Part shown: positions 42,566 through 55,422 of the stretch, one piece after another
Position numbering within the stretch: the stretch's first letter is position 1
Layout of the letters: every line of letters begins with the position of its first letter
DNA from: the human T2T-CHM13v2.0 reference genome, Homo sapiens
NCBI RefSeq assembly: GCF_009914755.1
Contig: NC_060928.1
Length of the DNA stretch: 64,000 nt
Reading direction: 5' to 3' (one strand)
Made by a program: the position numbers and the translations under genes
The notes under the pieces: model-generated
Told to the model about the DNA's origin: nothing
Database searches by the model: none
The model's input: only the letters and a program-made list of their open reading frames with translations

Positions 42566-45500
42566 TTTTTAACTTTTTAAAAACTTTTATTTTAGTTTCA
42601 GGAGTACATGTGGAGTTTGTTTCTATAGGTAAATGGCATGTTACAGGGGTTCGGTGTACATACTATTTCATTACTCAGTTAATAAGCAAAGTACTCAAAA
42701 AGTAGTTTTTCGGTCCTCGCTTTCCACCCACCGTCCACCCTCGAGTAGCCCCAGTGTCTGTTGTTCGCCTCTTCGTGTCCATGTGTATTCAGTGTTTAGC
42801 TCCCACTTAAAAGTTTTAGTTCTCTGTTCCTGCACTAGTTCTGTTTGGATAACAGCCTCCACCTTCATCCATGTTGTTGCAAAGGACACGATCTTGTTCC
42901 TTTTATGGCGGCGTAATATTCCGTTGCCTATATGTACCACATTTTCTTTATCTGGGCTACTGTTGATGTGCATTTAGATTGATTCCATGTCTTTGCTATT
43001 GTGAATAGTGCTGTAGTGAACATACACGTGCATGTGTCTTTATGGTAGAATGGTTTATATTCCTTTTATTATGTACCCAATAACGCGACTGGTGGATCAA
43101 ATGGTAGTTCTGTTTCAGGTTCTTTGAGAAGTCACCAAACTGCTTTCCATAGTCGCTGAAATAATTTGCATTCTGATCAACAATATGTACCAGTTCCCTT
43201 TTTTTTCCATAGCCTTGCCAGCATTTGTTATTTTTGGACTTTAATAATTGCCATTCTGAGTGGTGTGAGATGGTATTTCATTATGATTTTGATTTGTGTT
43301 TCTCTAATGATTACTGATTATAAGAATTTTTGCATATGCTTGGACATATATATGTCTTCTTTTGTAAAGCGTTCATCTCCTTTGCCCACCTTTTAATGGG
43401 GTTGTTTTTTGGTATGTTAATTTGTTTAAGTTTCTTACAGATTCAAGATACTAAACCTTTGTTGGATGCATAGTTTGCAAATATTTTCTCCCATTCTACA
43501 GGTTGTCTGTTTACTCTGTTGATAGTTTCTTTTGCTGTGCAGAAGCTGTCAGTTTAATTAGATCCCATTTGTCAATTTTTATTTCTGTTGCAATTGCTTT
43601 GGTGTCTTTGTCATAAAATCTTTCCCATAACCCATGGGAAATACCACCCATAGCCCATAGGGTGGTATTTCCTAGGTTTTCCTCAAGAGTTTTTATAGTT
43701 TTAGGTTTTACATTTAAGTCTTTAATCCATCTTGAGTCGAGTTTTTTACATGGTGCAAGGAAGGGATTCAGTTTCAATCATCTGCATATGGCTAGCCCGT
43801 TTTCCCACTACCATTTTCTGAGTAGGGAGCCCTTTTTCCACTGCTTGTTTTTGTTAACTCTGTCGAAGACCAGATGGTTGTAGGTATGCAGCCATATTTC
43901 TGAGCTCTCTATTCTCATTGGTCTGTGTATCTGTATTTGTACCAGTTCCATGCTGTTTTGGTCACTGAAGCCTTGTAGTATAATTTGAAGTCGGGTAATG
44001 TGATACTTTCAGATTTGTTCTTTGCTTAGGATTGCTTTATCTATTTGGTCTCTTTTTTGGTTCTATATGAATTTTAGAATTATTTTTTCTAATTCCATGA
44101 AAAAATGTCATTGGTAATTTCATAGGAATAGCACTAAATTTGCTTTGGGCAGTATGGCCATTTTAACCATATTGATTTTTGCTATTCATGAGCATGGAAT
44201 GTTTTTCCATTTGTTTGTGTCATCTCTGATTTCTTTCAGAACTGTTTTGTAATTGTTGTATAGAGATATTTCGCTTCCCTGATTATCTGCATTCCTAGAT
44301 ATTTTATCTTGTTTTGTGGCTATTGTGAACAGGATTGCGTTCTCAATTTAGCACTCAGCTGGGACATTAATGGTTTATAGAAATGCTACTGATTTTGTAG
44401 ATTGATTTTGTTTCCAGAAACTTTGCTGAAGTTGTTTATCAGATATAGGAACTTTGGGGCAGACACTGTGGGGCTTTCTAGGTGTAAAATCATATCATCT
44501 GCAAACTGGGAGAGCTTGACTTCCTTTCTTCCTATTTGGATGCCTTTATTTGTTTCTCTTGCCTGAATGCTCTGGCTAAGACTTCCAATCCTATGTTGAA
44601 TAAGAGTGGTGAGAGAGAGCATCCTTGCCTTATTCTGGTTCTCAAGGGGAATGCTTCCAGCTTTTGACTATTCAGTATGATGTTGGCTATGGATTTGTCA
44701 CAGATGGATCTTATTATTTTGAGGTATGTTCCTTCAATGCCAAGTCTGTTGAGTTTTTTAACATGAAGGGATGCTCAATGCTATCAAAAGGCTTTTCTGC
44801 ATTTACTGCAGTGATTATGTGGTTTTTGTTTTTAGTTATGGTTATGTGATCAATTATAATTATTGATTTGTGTATGTTCACTCAAACTTGCATCCTAGTG
44901 ATAAGGCCTATTTGATCATGGTGGATTAGCTTTTTGATGTGCTGCTGGATTCAGCTTTCTTGTGTTTTGTTGAGAATTTTGGCATGTATGTTAATCAAGG
45001 TTATTGACCTGAAGTTTTCTTTTTTTGTTATCTTTGCCAGGTTTTTGTATCAGGATGATGCTGGTCTCATAGAATGAGTAGGGAGGAATCCCTCCTCCTA
45101 AGTTTTTTGGAATAGTTTCAGTAGTAATGGTCCCAGCTATTCTTTATATATCTCATAGAATTTGGCTTAGAATTTGTCTGGACCTGGGCTGCTTCTGGTT
45201 GGTAGGCTTTTTATTACTGACTCAATTTTGAAATTTTGTATTGGTTAGTACAGGGTTTGAATTTATTCCTGGTTCAGTCTAGGGACCTTGCATATTTCCA
45301 GGAATTTATGCATTCTTCTTGGTTTTCTAGTTTGGGTGCACAGACATTTTTGTAGCTGTCTCTGATTCTTTTTTGTATTTATGCAGGGTCAGTGGTGATG
45401 TCCCCTTTGTTATCTCTGGTTGTGTTTATTTGGATCTTCTCTCCTTTTTTTATTATTCTAGTGGTTGAGCTATCCTATTTATTCTTTCAAAAAAAACAAT

Positions 45501-48122
45501 TTGTGATTTTGTTAGTCTTTTGTATGGTTTTTCACGTCTCAGTTTCATTCAGTTCAGCTCTGATTTTGGTTATTTCCTGCCTTTTGCTAGCTTGGGGTTG
45601 GTTTACTCTTTTCTCAACTTGATCTGGTCTGCTGTTAATACCTTCAGTTGTATTATGAAATACTTGGAGTACGTTTTTCAGCTCAATTAAGATCAGTTTG
45701 GTTCTTCCTTAAAATGGCCATTTTGTCTTTCAGCTCCGGTATCATTTTATTGTAAACCTTGGATTCCTTGGAGTGGGTTTCAACTTTCTCCTGAATCTTG
45801 ATGATCTTCATTCCTATTCATATTCTGAATTCTGTGTCTGTCACTTCAGCCATTTCAACCTGGTTAAGAGCGATTTATGGGGAGCTAGTCATTTGGAAGA
45901 GAGAAGACGCTCTGGCTTTTTGAGTTGCCAGAGTTTCTGTGCTGGTTCTTCCTCATCTGTGTGGTCTGGTGTTCCTTTAACTGTGGTGTAATTTGAGTAA
46001 AGTCAGTTGACTTCCTTTCTGGTTGTTTTCAGAGGGCTGAGGCTTTGCGCTGCATCTTGATTTGTGGTTGAATTCTTGTCCTTGTTTTCTTGGGAGCAGT
46101 GTTTGTCAGCAGAGTATTTTTGGTGTGGCAGTTTGGGCTGTTGTCCAATAGATGGGGGATAAGCATAATGGATGGTAGGTAGGTACTCGTTCAGCCACGT
46201 GGCTTCTCTGTGTTTCCTAGGGTTTGCAGTCAAACTGCCTCTCAGTTTTCTGAGTGTGGACTCCTCTCTCACTCAAATGCTGGCTGCAGATCTTGGATTG
46301 GCACTCTCAGGCTGCACACCATACCGCAGCTCTGGGGTGAGCTCAGGCTTTATGTTCCCTCCCCAGCTTGGGGGCAGCAAGGACAGGGATCTCAGCAGTG
46401 GCAGTGGCAGAGGACCTTTCACTTGTCCCTGGAGATTCCGCCCCAGAGAAACACAGAGCCGCTACCAGTTGGAGCCATCAGCCCAGGCTGGGGCGGCTGT
46501 GTTGTGGGCCCAAGCCAGGGCGCCCTGCTTAGTGATGAGTAGGGGTGTGGGGTGCTTATGGGGAAGACAGACTGGCTTCTTCTCCTTAGGGCGGCTGAGG
46601 CTTGCTCGAGGTGTGAGTAAAGCATCAGGGTCTTTGTACCTTCCCCACTCCAAGGGCAAGAGGGGCAGAATCATTGCAGTAGCGGTGGCAGAGTGGCTTT
46701 CATTTGCCTCTGAGAGCTCCACCCCAGAGAAACGTGCAGAGCCGCTGTCAATGGGATGTTCAGTCAGGGCGGCTGCAGCGTCCGCCCAAGCTGAAGGCCC
46801 TACTTGGGGGTTGGGGGCTCACATGGAAGAGAGACTGAGTTCCCTGGCGTGCTGGTGGTTCAAGTGAAGCCCTCCTGCTCTTTGTTCCTTCCCCAGTCCC
46901 AGGACAGCAAGGGCAGAACGGCTGCAGTGGTGGTGGCAGAGGGGCTGTCATTGCCTCTGGGAACTCCATCCACCCCAGGGAAACACAGAGACACCACCAG
47001 TGGGAATGCTTAGTCGGGAATGGGGCAGCTGGTCTTCCATCCCGAGGGGCTGGGGGATCCTCTCCTTACGGTGGCTTCAGTGTGCCGGGGATGTCAGCAA
47101 TGCAACCTGGCTCGTTTTCCTTTTCCAGCCTGCCTGCGGTAAGGGTGGGCCTGCTGCGGCTGCAATGGGAGAGGGGCTGTGGGTTGTCTCTGCTATTCTC
47201 CCCGCCCCCTCCCCAGAGAAAAGCAGAGCCTCCACTGACTAAAGTGATCAGGCCGGGGAAGGGGGGTTGTGCTGGGAGCCCAGGTCAGGAGGCCCCGTGC
47301 AGTGAGGAGTAACGGGGGCAGGGACCCGCGTGGAAAACTGGCCACCTTTTCCTAAGACAGCCTTGCGGTGCTGGGGGCCGGCGTTAGTCCTTAATCACTT
47401 CGCTCCAGCTGAGCCTGAGAGAAGCAGGAGCGGGACTGTGGAGCAGCAAAACCTGCAGGCCAGCCTGTGCTCTCTGGGATCACTGTCTCAGGGAAGGGCA
47501 GGGCTACCACTGGCCTGAGAGTACAGGCGGCACTGCGGTGGTCACGCCAGGCTCCCAGGCCAGTCGGCCTTGTCCATCCAGGTGCAGTGGAGGCGAGGCC
47601 TGCGGCCTGTCGCTGCTCAGCCCTAGGGATTCAGCCCCTTTCCTAGGGACGTGTGAGGGAGCCTGGCCTCCACTGTTGCTGGAGCTGCAGCCCCTGGTTG
47701 CTACCAGAGTTCCCAGGGGTCCAAGATCCCCGGACTCTGCGTGTGTCTGAACAGCAGCTCTGCCCGGACTCCTCGTAGCTCTCCGTGTCAATCAGGAGGC
47801 CCTGGCTGTGCCACGGGGTTCATGGTGCATCTCCTGAGCCCAGGGTTCAGAGGTCTGGAAGAAGTGTGGGACCCCGAGGGCTCTCCCTTACTCACCGTTT
47901 CCCGGCAGTGGGGAGCCTCCCCCTGAGTCTGTGCCAGTCCTGAGGAGGTGGCTGTCCTGTCTTGCTCTTCTCTGTTCTTTGTGGATTGTGTTGCTTCCTT
48001 GATTAACCCCAGTGTGTACGCCTGGCCCATCCAGTTGAGGAGCTAGTGCTCACTTGTTCCTCTTTCTCTTTTCCATGAGCGCAGTGCACACTGGCTGCTT
48101 GTACTCAGCCATCTGGGGCCCC
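42566..48122 (-). mobile_element. Old primate L1 (L1PA15/16-like): 5'UTR, partial ORF1, ORF2 RT/C-terminus and 3'UTR, with a large internal deletion
   Basis: 3' end at 42566; ORF2 remnants on the minus strand ([10 protein letters not shown] in 44386-44622, [29 protein letters not shown]); jump to ORF1-type sequence near 45615; GC-rich 5'UTR ending CAGCCATCTGGGGCCCC. Confidence 0.9.
42870..45615 (-). pseudogene. Disrupted L1 ORF2 (reverse transcriptase and C-terminal region)
   Basis: Recognisable ORF2p peptides in several frames, broken by stops and frameshifts. Confidence 0.85.
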
Positions 48123-51100
48123 AATCTCAGTATTTTCATTTCATTAGACTACCTAGGAAAGAAATGAGTAAAGTAGTTTTAGCCATTGGACACTCACTAT
48201 GGTAGATTTTGCAGGCAGAACAACCTTCTTGATGGTTCCACATATGGCGAGCACAGACATTAGAAGCCCTTATCACATTTTCTCACTATTGATAGACTCA
48301 CACCTTTACTGGCACTGTATTCTTTTATTAGTTGACATTGATCAGTTATTCCAGAAAATATGTTCAATGTTGTATTAACTGACCTTTGTTGACTCCATGT
48401 GTCTATGGAACTTTATATATATTTCATAATATCTGACTTTAGAACTTGACGTATTAACCAACTATTGAATCTGGATTGTATAAGTCATTTTGTATAACAT
48501 AGCCTTTGAAATATACACAACCAGGGTCAAGGCTCTTGTGTTCCTTGTCTCCTCTCTGTCTTTGTCTTTATACCTGTGGACCAAAAATTGCATGGACCTG
48601 GTATCCTGGATCCTATTGATTATGCTGATTCCATCGACTAGTCTTTTAATCATTTATACTTCTTAATTGCTTCTGCATCTGGCAGAAAACATTAGAAGCA
48701 GGCATTAATATTTTGTTATACAAGTCACAGGAGGAATTTAGTAGAAATTCTTTGACTCTGTGTTTGTGATAGAAGTGAGTAAAGGTAATACTTTTTTTTT
48801 TTTTAAATGTGTCTCCAAATGCCAACATCTGCTCAGGAAGAAAAAAAGGACATTTGTCCCAATGTTTGCATTATTTCCTATATATAGAACTCTTTGGATG
48901 ATTTTTAATTTAATAACTATTTTTGAAAAGACTTAATGCATTTAACATCTAAATAAAGAAAAACATAATTTATATAACTAAACAAAGTTAGTGCTGTATG
49001 CGTAAATGCTAACAGATTGTTCACCTATAAGTACCTACAGCCTTCCTAATTTAAGCGTGGGGCTACATTCTGGATTCACACATTTTTTGCCCAAAGGTAA
49101 ATTATTGTTAAAAGGTAAAGAGAATATCTATTCAGCTGTTTTTGGGTGAGGATATGACGTATTTTAGCTATACAAGTAGTGTAAATTTTAGTGTGTACAT
49201 TTTTACTTTAGATGAATTTAGAAATTGAAGCCTGACCTATACAGATTACTTAAGTTAAAAATGGTTTGCCAAATTTAAACATAGTAATCTGAAGCATGAT
49301 AGATTAAATGTAAAATTCAATATCTGAAATATATTTCCCTCGCTTTTTAATAAAAAGGTATCACCTTGGGGAAAAATATGTCTTTTCAAATCAAAGTTTA
49401 GATTATACATTGTAATACAAAATTTTACCTTAAAAGAAATACAATTCTTAAGTTCTAAAATGAAAAAAGTAAGCAGTGAAACAACACTTACATGTGTTAG
49501 TATCCCTGTTATTTCAGGAAGCAAAGTAAAAGAGGGTGTGAACATTTCTACACATCAACATTCACAAAAGTATCTTTGTAATGTAGTGAGTATAAGAATG
49601 GCTTGATAGGACTTCAGAACAATGTAAATCTCTGTGATTTCTCCTGGGGATTCTCACTCCTTAGTATGCAGTAGGGCCCAACAATCTGTATTTTAAATAA
49701 ACAAATCATATAATACAGAGACAACTTCGAGACTCACTGATATGGGAATGATTTTTTATTTTTCCATGTATGTGAGCTTTAATTTTAAAATCAAATATAT
49801 GTCTAAGTATTGATATGATTTATTTTAGAAATTGATTTCTCTTAATTACACGAAAGGAAGTTTTGTTGTTGTTTTGTTTTGCTTTTTGATGAGTCATGAT
49901 AGTTATTTGGAAATAATTCCCAATGTTATAAAGAAAAACACATATTTTTCAAGTGACTGCTATTTGTTTGCTACTTTGCTAAGCTACGGCAACCAAAATG
50001 TTAAAAATCCCTGCTTTCTGAGGGTGTTTAATCTGGCTAGGTAATTAAAGCATCTAGATCAAAATGTTAAAGAGTCTAAAAGATTATAAGATGGTATATT
50101 CTAAGACTCTCAAGACCCCACTGGTAAATAGAGACCATTAAATTAGGAATCAGAAAACATGACTTTGGTTACTCTCTGTGCCTCTTAACAGTTCTCCGCT
50201 GTGTGTAAGTCTTTTAACATTTGCACTGAATCTACCTTGTATCCATTACAATTAGTATGAAAATACTCCACTTTTACAAATCACTAGCTTATGGTGGGAT
50301 ATGTGTGCAATAATCTGTATAAAATATCATGTTATAAATAATTTAGTAAATATATGATATTATGATTATTAAGGGTTTTAGGAGTTAAAGGCTAAAATAT
50401 ATTAAAATGCTAAGGTAATAGAAGAATGTATCGGAAAATTAGTGCAAAGAAAAGATTCGAACGACTAGAAAAATGGTGAGCACAGCTGGTTATGAAAAAG
50501 TGTAACTCTGAGATACTTTTGTGAAAATTCTCAAAATCATTTGTAATATTAAAGCAGAATTAGAGAGATCTTCCACACACTATAATTTAAGGCATTATTT
50601 TAATAGTCTATATGTTCTTTTTATTGTCAGGGTTATTCATTACCTATATATTTATATATAAAACCTAATTGTAAATTAATAGCAATGAAATGTTATACAT
50701 GCATAAGGGAATGAATTATGGTTACTAAGGGAAACCTTAATTTAAATTTTCTTGTTTCATTATATGAAAATCTCAACTCTAACAATTTATTCATATAAAA
50801 TTTTATTTTAAATTCACACACATTAATTATATTGAATTAAATTGTAGAGATCATTACCTAGTCTTATTTCTGCTAATGTTTCTCCTTACTGCTTATAAAG
50901 AATTCTGCATCTAAAATTCAGTATATTAATTAACCAATGCTTATCAAATAGATCTACAAGTAAAGCACCGCATTAAAAGCTTTATGCAAGGAAGCAAAAA
51001 TAAGGTAAAGCCCTAATGTTTAAGGAGCATAAAATCTAGTTGTAGAGATAAAATATGCACGGCAAGATTTGTATGGCAGTAGAATCACTGTGTAACTAAT

Positions 51101-51496
51101 ATTAGCAAAGTTGACCAGATAAAAGTTACAGCAGTTCAAAAGTGAAACATGTCTTATAAACTGGACTACCCTGAAAAAGTGGAAGGCTTGACTCACAGGT
51201 TCAAGATAGGCTTTATATTGGCAGGGAGGGCATTTCAACATGGTGCATTGGTATGTGCAAAATAGAGTGATAGCAATATTGGAGTAAATAGCACAGGGAT
51301 TCTTCTCAACTGGGCATCAGAGCCTATGGCTTAATGAAGAAATGAACTCCTTTTCTGTGTTAGTCGTTCTTCAAATATGGGGCAATCTCTGTGCTTCTGG
51401 TCTTTGCACTGGTTCTCTAGTCCCCCTACCTGTGTCCCTGTAATTATTTGCTGACTCACTTTGTTTTTTCGATGTTGTTGTTGTTGTTGTTTTTGC

Positions 51497-51607
51497 TGCA
51501 AATGACAAGATTTCATTCTCTATTATGTCTAACTAATATTTAACAGTGTGTATATACCACATTTTAAAAATTTATGTATCCATTGATGGGCGCTTAGGTG
51601 AATCTCT
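51497..51607 (-). mobile_element. Short L1 3' fragment preceded by (TTG)n
   Basis: GCAAATGACAAGATTTCATTCT...GTGTGTATATACCACATTTT...ATCCATTGATGGGC. Confidence 0.75.
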
Positions 51608-51723
51608 GTTGTCTTTTGTGCCATCCCTTTAGGATCTACCAGTCTGTCTTCATTTTTACTTATTTGCTGGCAGATGACAAGAATTGATTCCCCAGATCAA
51701 ATTTCAGAAATCTCCCAACAAGA

Positions 51724-51848
51724 AAATATCATGTTAACGGTTTGATGTAGTACCTCACACACACACACGTATCTATATGCACACACCACAAATATCATTG
51801 TTAACAGTTTGATGTAGTACCATACACACATCTATATGCACATACCAC
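51724..51848. repeat. Tandem duplication of ~60-66 bp
   Basis: AAATATCAT(T)GTTAAC(G/A)GTTTGATGTAGTACC..(CA)n..ATCTATATGCACA(C/T)ACCAC twice. Confidence 0.9.
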
Positions 51849-51929
51849 TTTTTTAAATAATAAAATTCGGTTGTTACTTTTAACAATTTTTTTTCCACAT
51901 AATAAGCTTCCTCCTGGCATGTTTATTCT

Positions 51930-52090
51930 TTGCTTGTGAATGAGGCTTCTCAAACTTTGGTTTCCTAATCTGCAAAATGGGGCCAGTAATAGCTCACAAG
52001 TTTGTTTTAAGAATTGAATTGAATGAGATGACACTTGGAAAAAGCTTCAAGCACAGTCTCTGGGCCTCAGTACCTTCGCATGAGTTATTA
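51930..52090. mobile_element. MIR
   Basis: TTTCCTAATCTGCAAAATGGGG...GAATTGAATGAGATGAC. Confidence 0.7.
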
Positions 52091-52283
52091 TGTCTCTAAA
52101 TTTCCAATTGCTGAGCTCTGACCTATATGGATATGTTCCATGTCTTCCTCTTAGATTCTTTTTGCAAGACATTTGCCTGAGGAATGACTAGAAGTTGCCA
52201 AACCCATTTGTTCACTGATTCATACTCTCACGTAACCTCAGGCTGTCATTTTCAGATCATACACACCCACATACCACATCTCT

Positions 52284-52417
52284 ATTCATTCATTTATTAT
52301 AGGAACAGGGTTTTGCTATGTTGCACAGGCTGATCTCAAAATCCTGGTCTCAAGCCATCCTCCCTCCTTGGTCTCCCAAATTTCTGGTGTTACAGGTGTG
52401 AGCCACTATGTCTGGCC
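52284..52417 (-). mobile_element. FLAM_C (Alu monomer)
   Basis: Single left-arm monomer; TSD CACATCTCT at 52275-52283 and 52418-52426. Confidence 0.85.
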
Positions 52418-53054
52418 CACATCTCTCTTTCTGAATAAAAAATTCCAATTTTTTGAATATGTTTTCTAAGACACGGTAACATCATGGGTATTGTGAGCAT
52501 GGACATTGAAGTGAATTGAAAGATGAAGTCATAATTTAAAATTCAGAACTGGGCAATGACACATATGGAAAAAAAGACATTCCAAGGAGGGCTTGTTTTT
52601 TGGGAAGTAGGAAATATGCGTAATGGAAATATAAGGTTGGTTCTAGATATATTTTACTTGCTATTCCATCAGGCCATCACAGTGGAAACATTAAGAAGAC
52701 ATGTGAAAATAAACCCAGAGCTCAGAGAAGAGGACTGCAGAAGGCATGTCTGTAATTTAGGAATTACTTACACACATTCCATGGGACAAATCATGATAAT
52801 GTATGAATTCTCAAAATTTGATATGAAAAACATGATACATCCTTGGATATTTCCATAGTCAATTGTAAGTAATCTTGAATTTGTGTCTGTTTTTACACTT
52901 GCTGCACAGTTTGGATATAGTACTCACTTTCCTCATTGAGGACTTGGGAAAAATCTAAGACTGTCCTCCTCTTTCAAGGAAAAATAGTATAGAACGTGAC
53001 TGAACCAGGCACTGAGGCATGAGTCACAGAAGGCCTATGGAATATAAAGGATTA

Positions 53055-53280
53055 ATATTCAATGAGTACTTACCATGTGCTATACACCCCTCTATTATTT
53101 CCAATGTACTTACTCATTTAATCCTAACGAAAATTGTGTGAGTCATGCTGTCATTAGCGTCATTTTACAGATGAGGATGCCGGAGCACAGGGAACTTCAT
53201 ACACATTCCAGGGTCCCTACGGTGAGTGGCATGAGATCCTGGCCGGCCTGACTCCAAATCTGAGCTCTGAACCCTTACTG
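53055..53280. mobile_element. MIR
   Basis: TACTCATTTAATCCTAAC...CATTTTACAGATGAGGA. Confidence 0.75.
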
Positions 53281-54129
53281 ACTCTAAAACAGTAAAACTA
53301 CATGTGAAATGTCTGTGTTAGGAAAATGGAGAAGGAAATCAACAATCAAAGTAAAATCAGTGTCCTGGGCAGTACATTGCCTTAGAAGAATAAAAGAACA
53401 TTTCCACTGATATGGTCCTTAGGGTAATGATTTTGTATCCCAGGGAGAACATTAGGCAAAAAAGCAAAATTAGGAATGTTAAGAGCAGTTTGCATTCTAG
53501 ATATCAGTGAAGCTGCCTAAGGAAAGACGATTCATTTTTCACAGAGTATCTTTGTACTTTGAGTCAGATGAAATAATTGACCACAGGGTTTAAAAAAAAC
53601 TATAGCAGTAGTTTAATGATATTTTAATGATAATAATAAATATACTAAGATATATTAAACACTGAATAATGTAGGCAGTTTATCAGCTGGTTATACATAC
53701 TGCATGTTTCTTAACCATACATTGCATACCTTAAGGGTAACAAACCTGTCTTAGGCTTTTCTTTGATTTTGATAATGTCAGACATATTGCTCATTCTATA
53801 GTGGATGCTCACTGACTTTGTTAATTGATTGACTATTTGGATAACATAGTTCTTTTACTATTTTTAAAGACTCTGTGAATGGAATATAATTTTATTTTGC
53901 TTACAAATACTTTGTAATACAAATATTTTGTATCTAATACAATGCTGCAAATATTAAGAAAGTCTTTCTATGATTCTTTGAGTTATTCATTCATTCATTT
54001 ATTCTTCCATTCATTCAACATATACTACATGCACCAAATCTCATCTTCTGTCACCTATGCAAGGAGATCAGCGTGCAACTCTCTGCTGTCATTGTTTCAT
54101 TTTCTTCTCTGCTCTGTTATGTCTTTCTC

Positions 54130-54540
54130 ACCAGCTGTTATTTCTTACATACATAACAAGTATTTTCTTAGCCCCACTTTCCCCTCCAGTTACTGCCCCA
54201 TATCTTCATTCCTCTTTTCAGCAGAACGCCTTGCCTGAGTTCTCTTAGCCATGATCATCCATTACCTTGCTGTCAGTTTCTATTTGGTGCACGTCAATCA
54301 GATTTTGCCACACCGATCTCTACAAATTGCGAATGTAAAGAAGCACTAACAACTGCAACACTGCCAAGTCTAAATGTCACTTCTTGGTCCACATCTTAAT
54401 TGCCCCATCTGGAGCATTTGACCTGGTTGTTTCATCCTATCTCACTGGTCATTCCTGCTAGGTCTCCTTAAAAGATTTTCCGCTTCTGACATGTGGATGT
54501 TGGAGCGCACCAGGGCTCCATCCTTGGAACTCATGACACT
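54130..54540. mobile_element. L2 fragment (approximate)
   Basis: L2 ORF2-like motifs (TGCCAAGTCTAAATGTCACTTCT...GCATTTGAC; CCAGGGCTCCATCCTTGG). Confidence 0.55.
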
Positions 54541-54935
54541 GGAAATCTAACCAGTCTCGTGAAAGAACTATCTCAACATTTCAAAAGAAAAGAACTGTTT
54601 TAGGTCCAACTAAAACTGAAAGTAGAAGCTCTTTTATAGGAGAAAAGATTCCTCACTTGATCTCAAAGAGAACTTTTGAAAAGAAGGAGGGTATAGAGAG
54701 TAGCCTGTCTGAGAGATGAGAAATTTGATAAAAGAGTGATCTCAGGAATCCACCCCATACATCAGCCTCAGTATGGAAATGAGCCTGAGCTGGCAGGAAA
54801 GGACAAGTGCAGCTTGGAAGGGAGAGTCTGCTCAAATAACTGTGTCTCTTCAGACTTAGATTTGTCAAATAAATCTTAGTATAGTTTCTAGGCTCATAAA
54901 CTTGGCAAAACCAAACGTTCTACAAGTTTATATTT

Positions 54936-54973
54936 GTGTGTGTACGTGTGTGTGTGTGTGGAGAGAGAGAGAG
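54936..54973. repeat. (TG)n(GA)n microsatellite
   Basis: Directly visible. Confidence 0.85.
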
Positions 54974-55081
54974 ATGTAATCTGTAGACATAGGCATGGTG
55001 AGGTAAATAAATTGACTATAGCACATAGAATAGTTATCACATGATGGGTATTTGATGAATTGGCTCATCTGTTCTATAAAA

Positions 55082-55422
55082 CAGGGGTCCTCAACTCCCA
55101 GGCTGTGGACCTGTACCAGTCCTTGGCCTGTTAGGAACCAGGCTGCACAGCAGGAGGTGAGCGAGCATTACTGCCTGAGCTCTGCCTTCTGTCAGATCAG
55201 CATCAGCATTAGGTTCTCATAGGAGCATGAACACTATTGTGAACTGTGCATGTGAGGGATCTAGGTTGAGTGTTCCTATGAGACTCTAATGCCTGAAGAT
55301 ATGAGGTGGAACAGTTTCATCTCAAAATCATTGCCCGCACCACCACCACCACCCACCCCATCTGTGGAAAAATTGTTTTCCATGAAATCAGTCTCTGGTG
55401 CCAAAAAGATTGGGGACCAAAG
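55082..55422 (+). mobile_element. MER1B (hAT-Charlie), full length
   Basis: CAGGGGTCCTCAAC start, GTGCCAAAAAGATTGGGGACC end; perfect 8-bp hAT TSD CTATAAAA at 55074-55081 and 55423-55430. Confidence 0.93.

Noticed and set aside
46172-46867. 231-aa ORF on the + strand
   Set aside because: Antisense to the GC-rich L1 5'UTR; no recognisable protein features
42544-48130. AATCTC on both sides of the L1 as a TSD
   Set aside because: Only 6 bp and not adjacent to the poly(T) tail; cannot be supported
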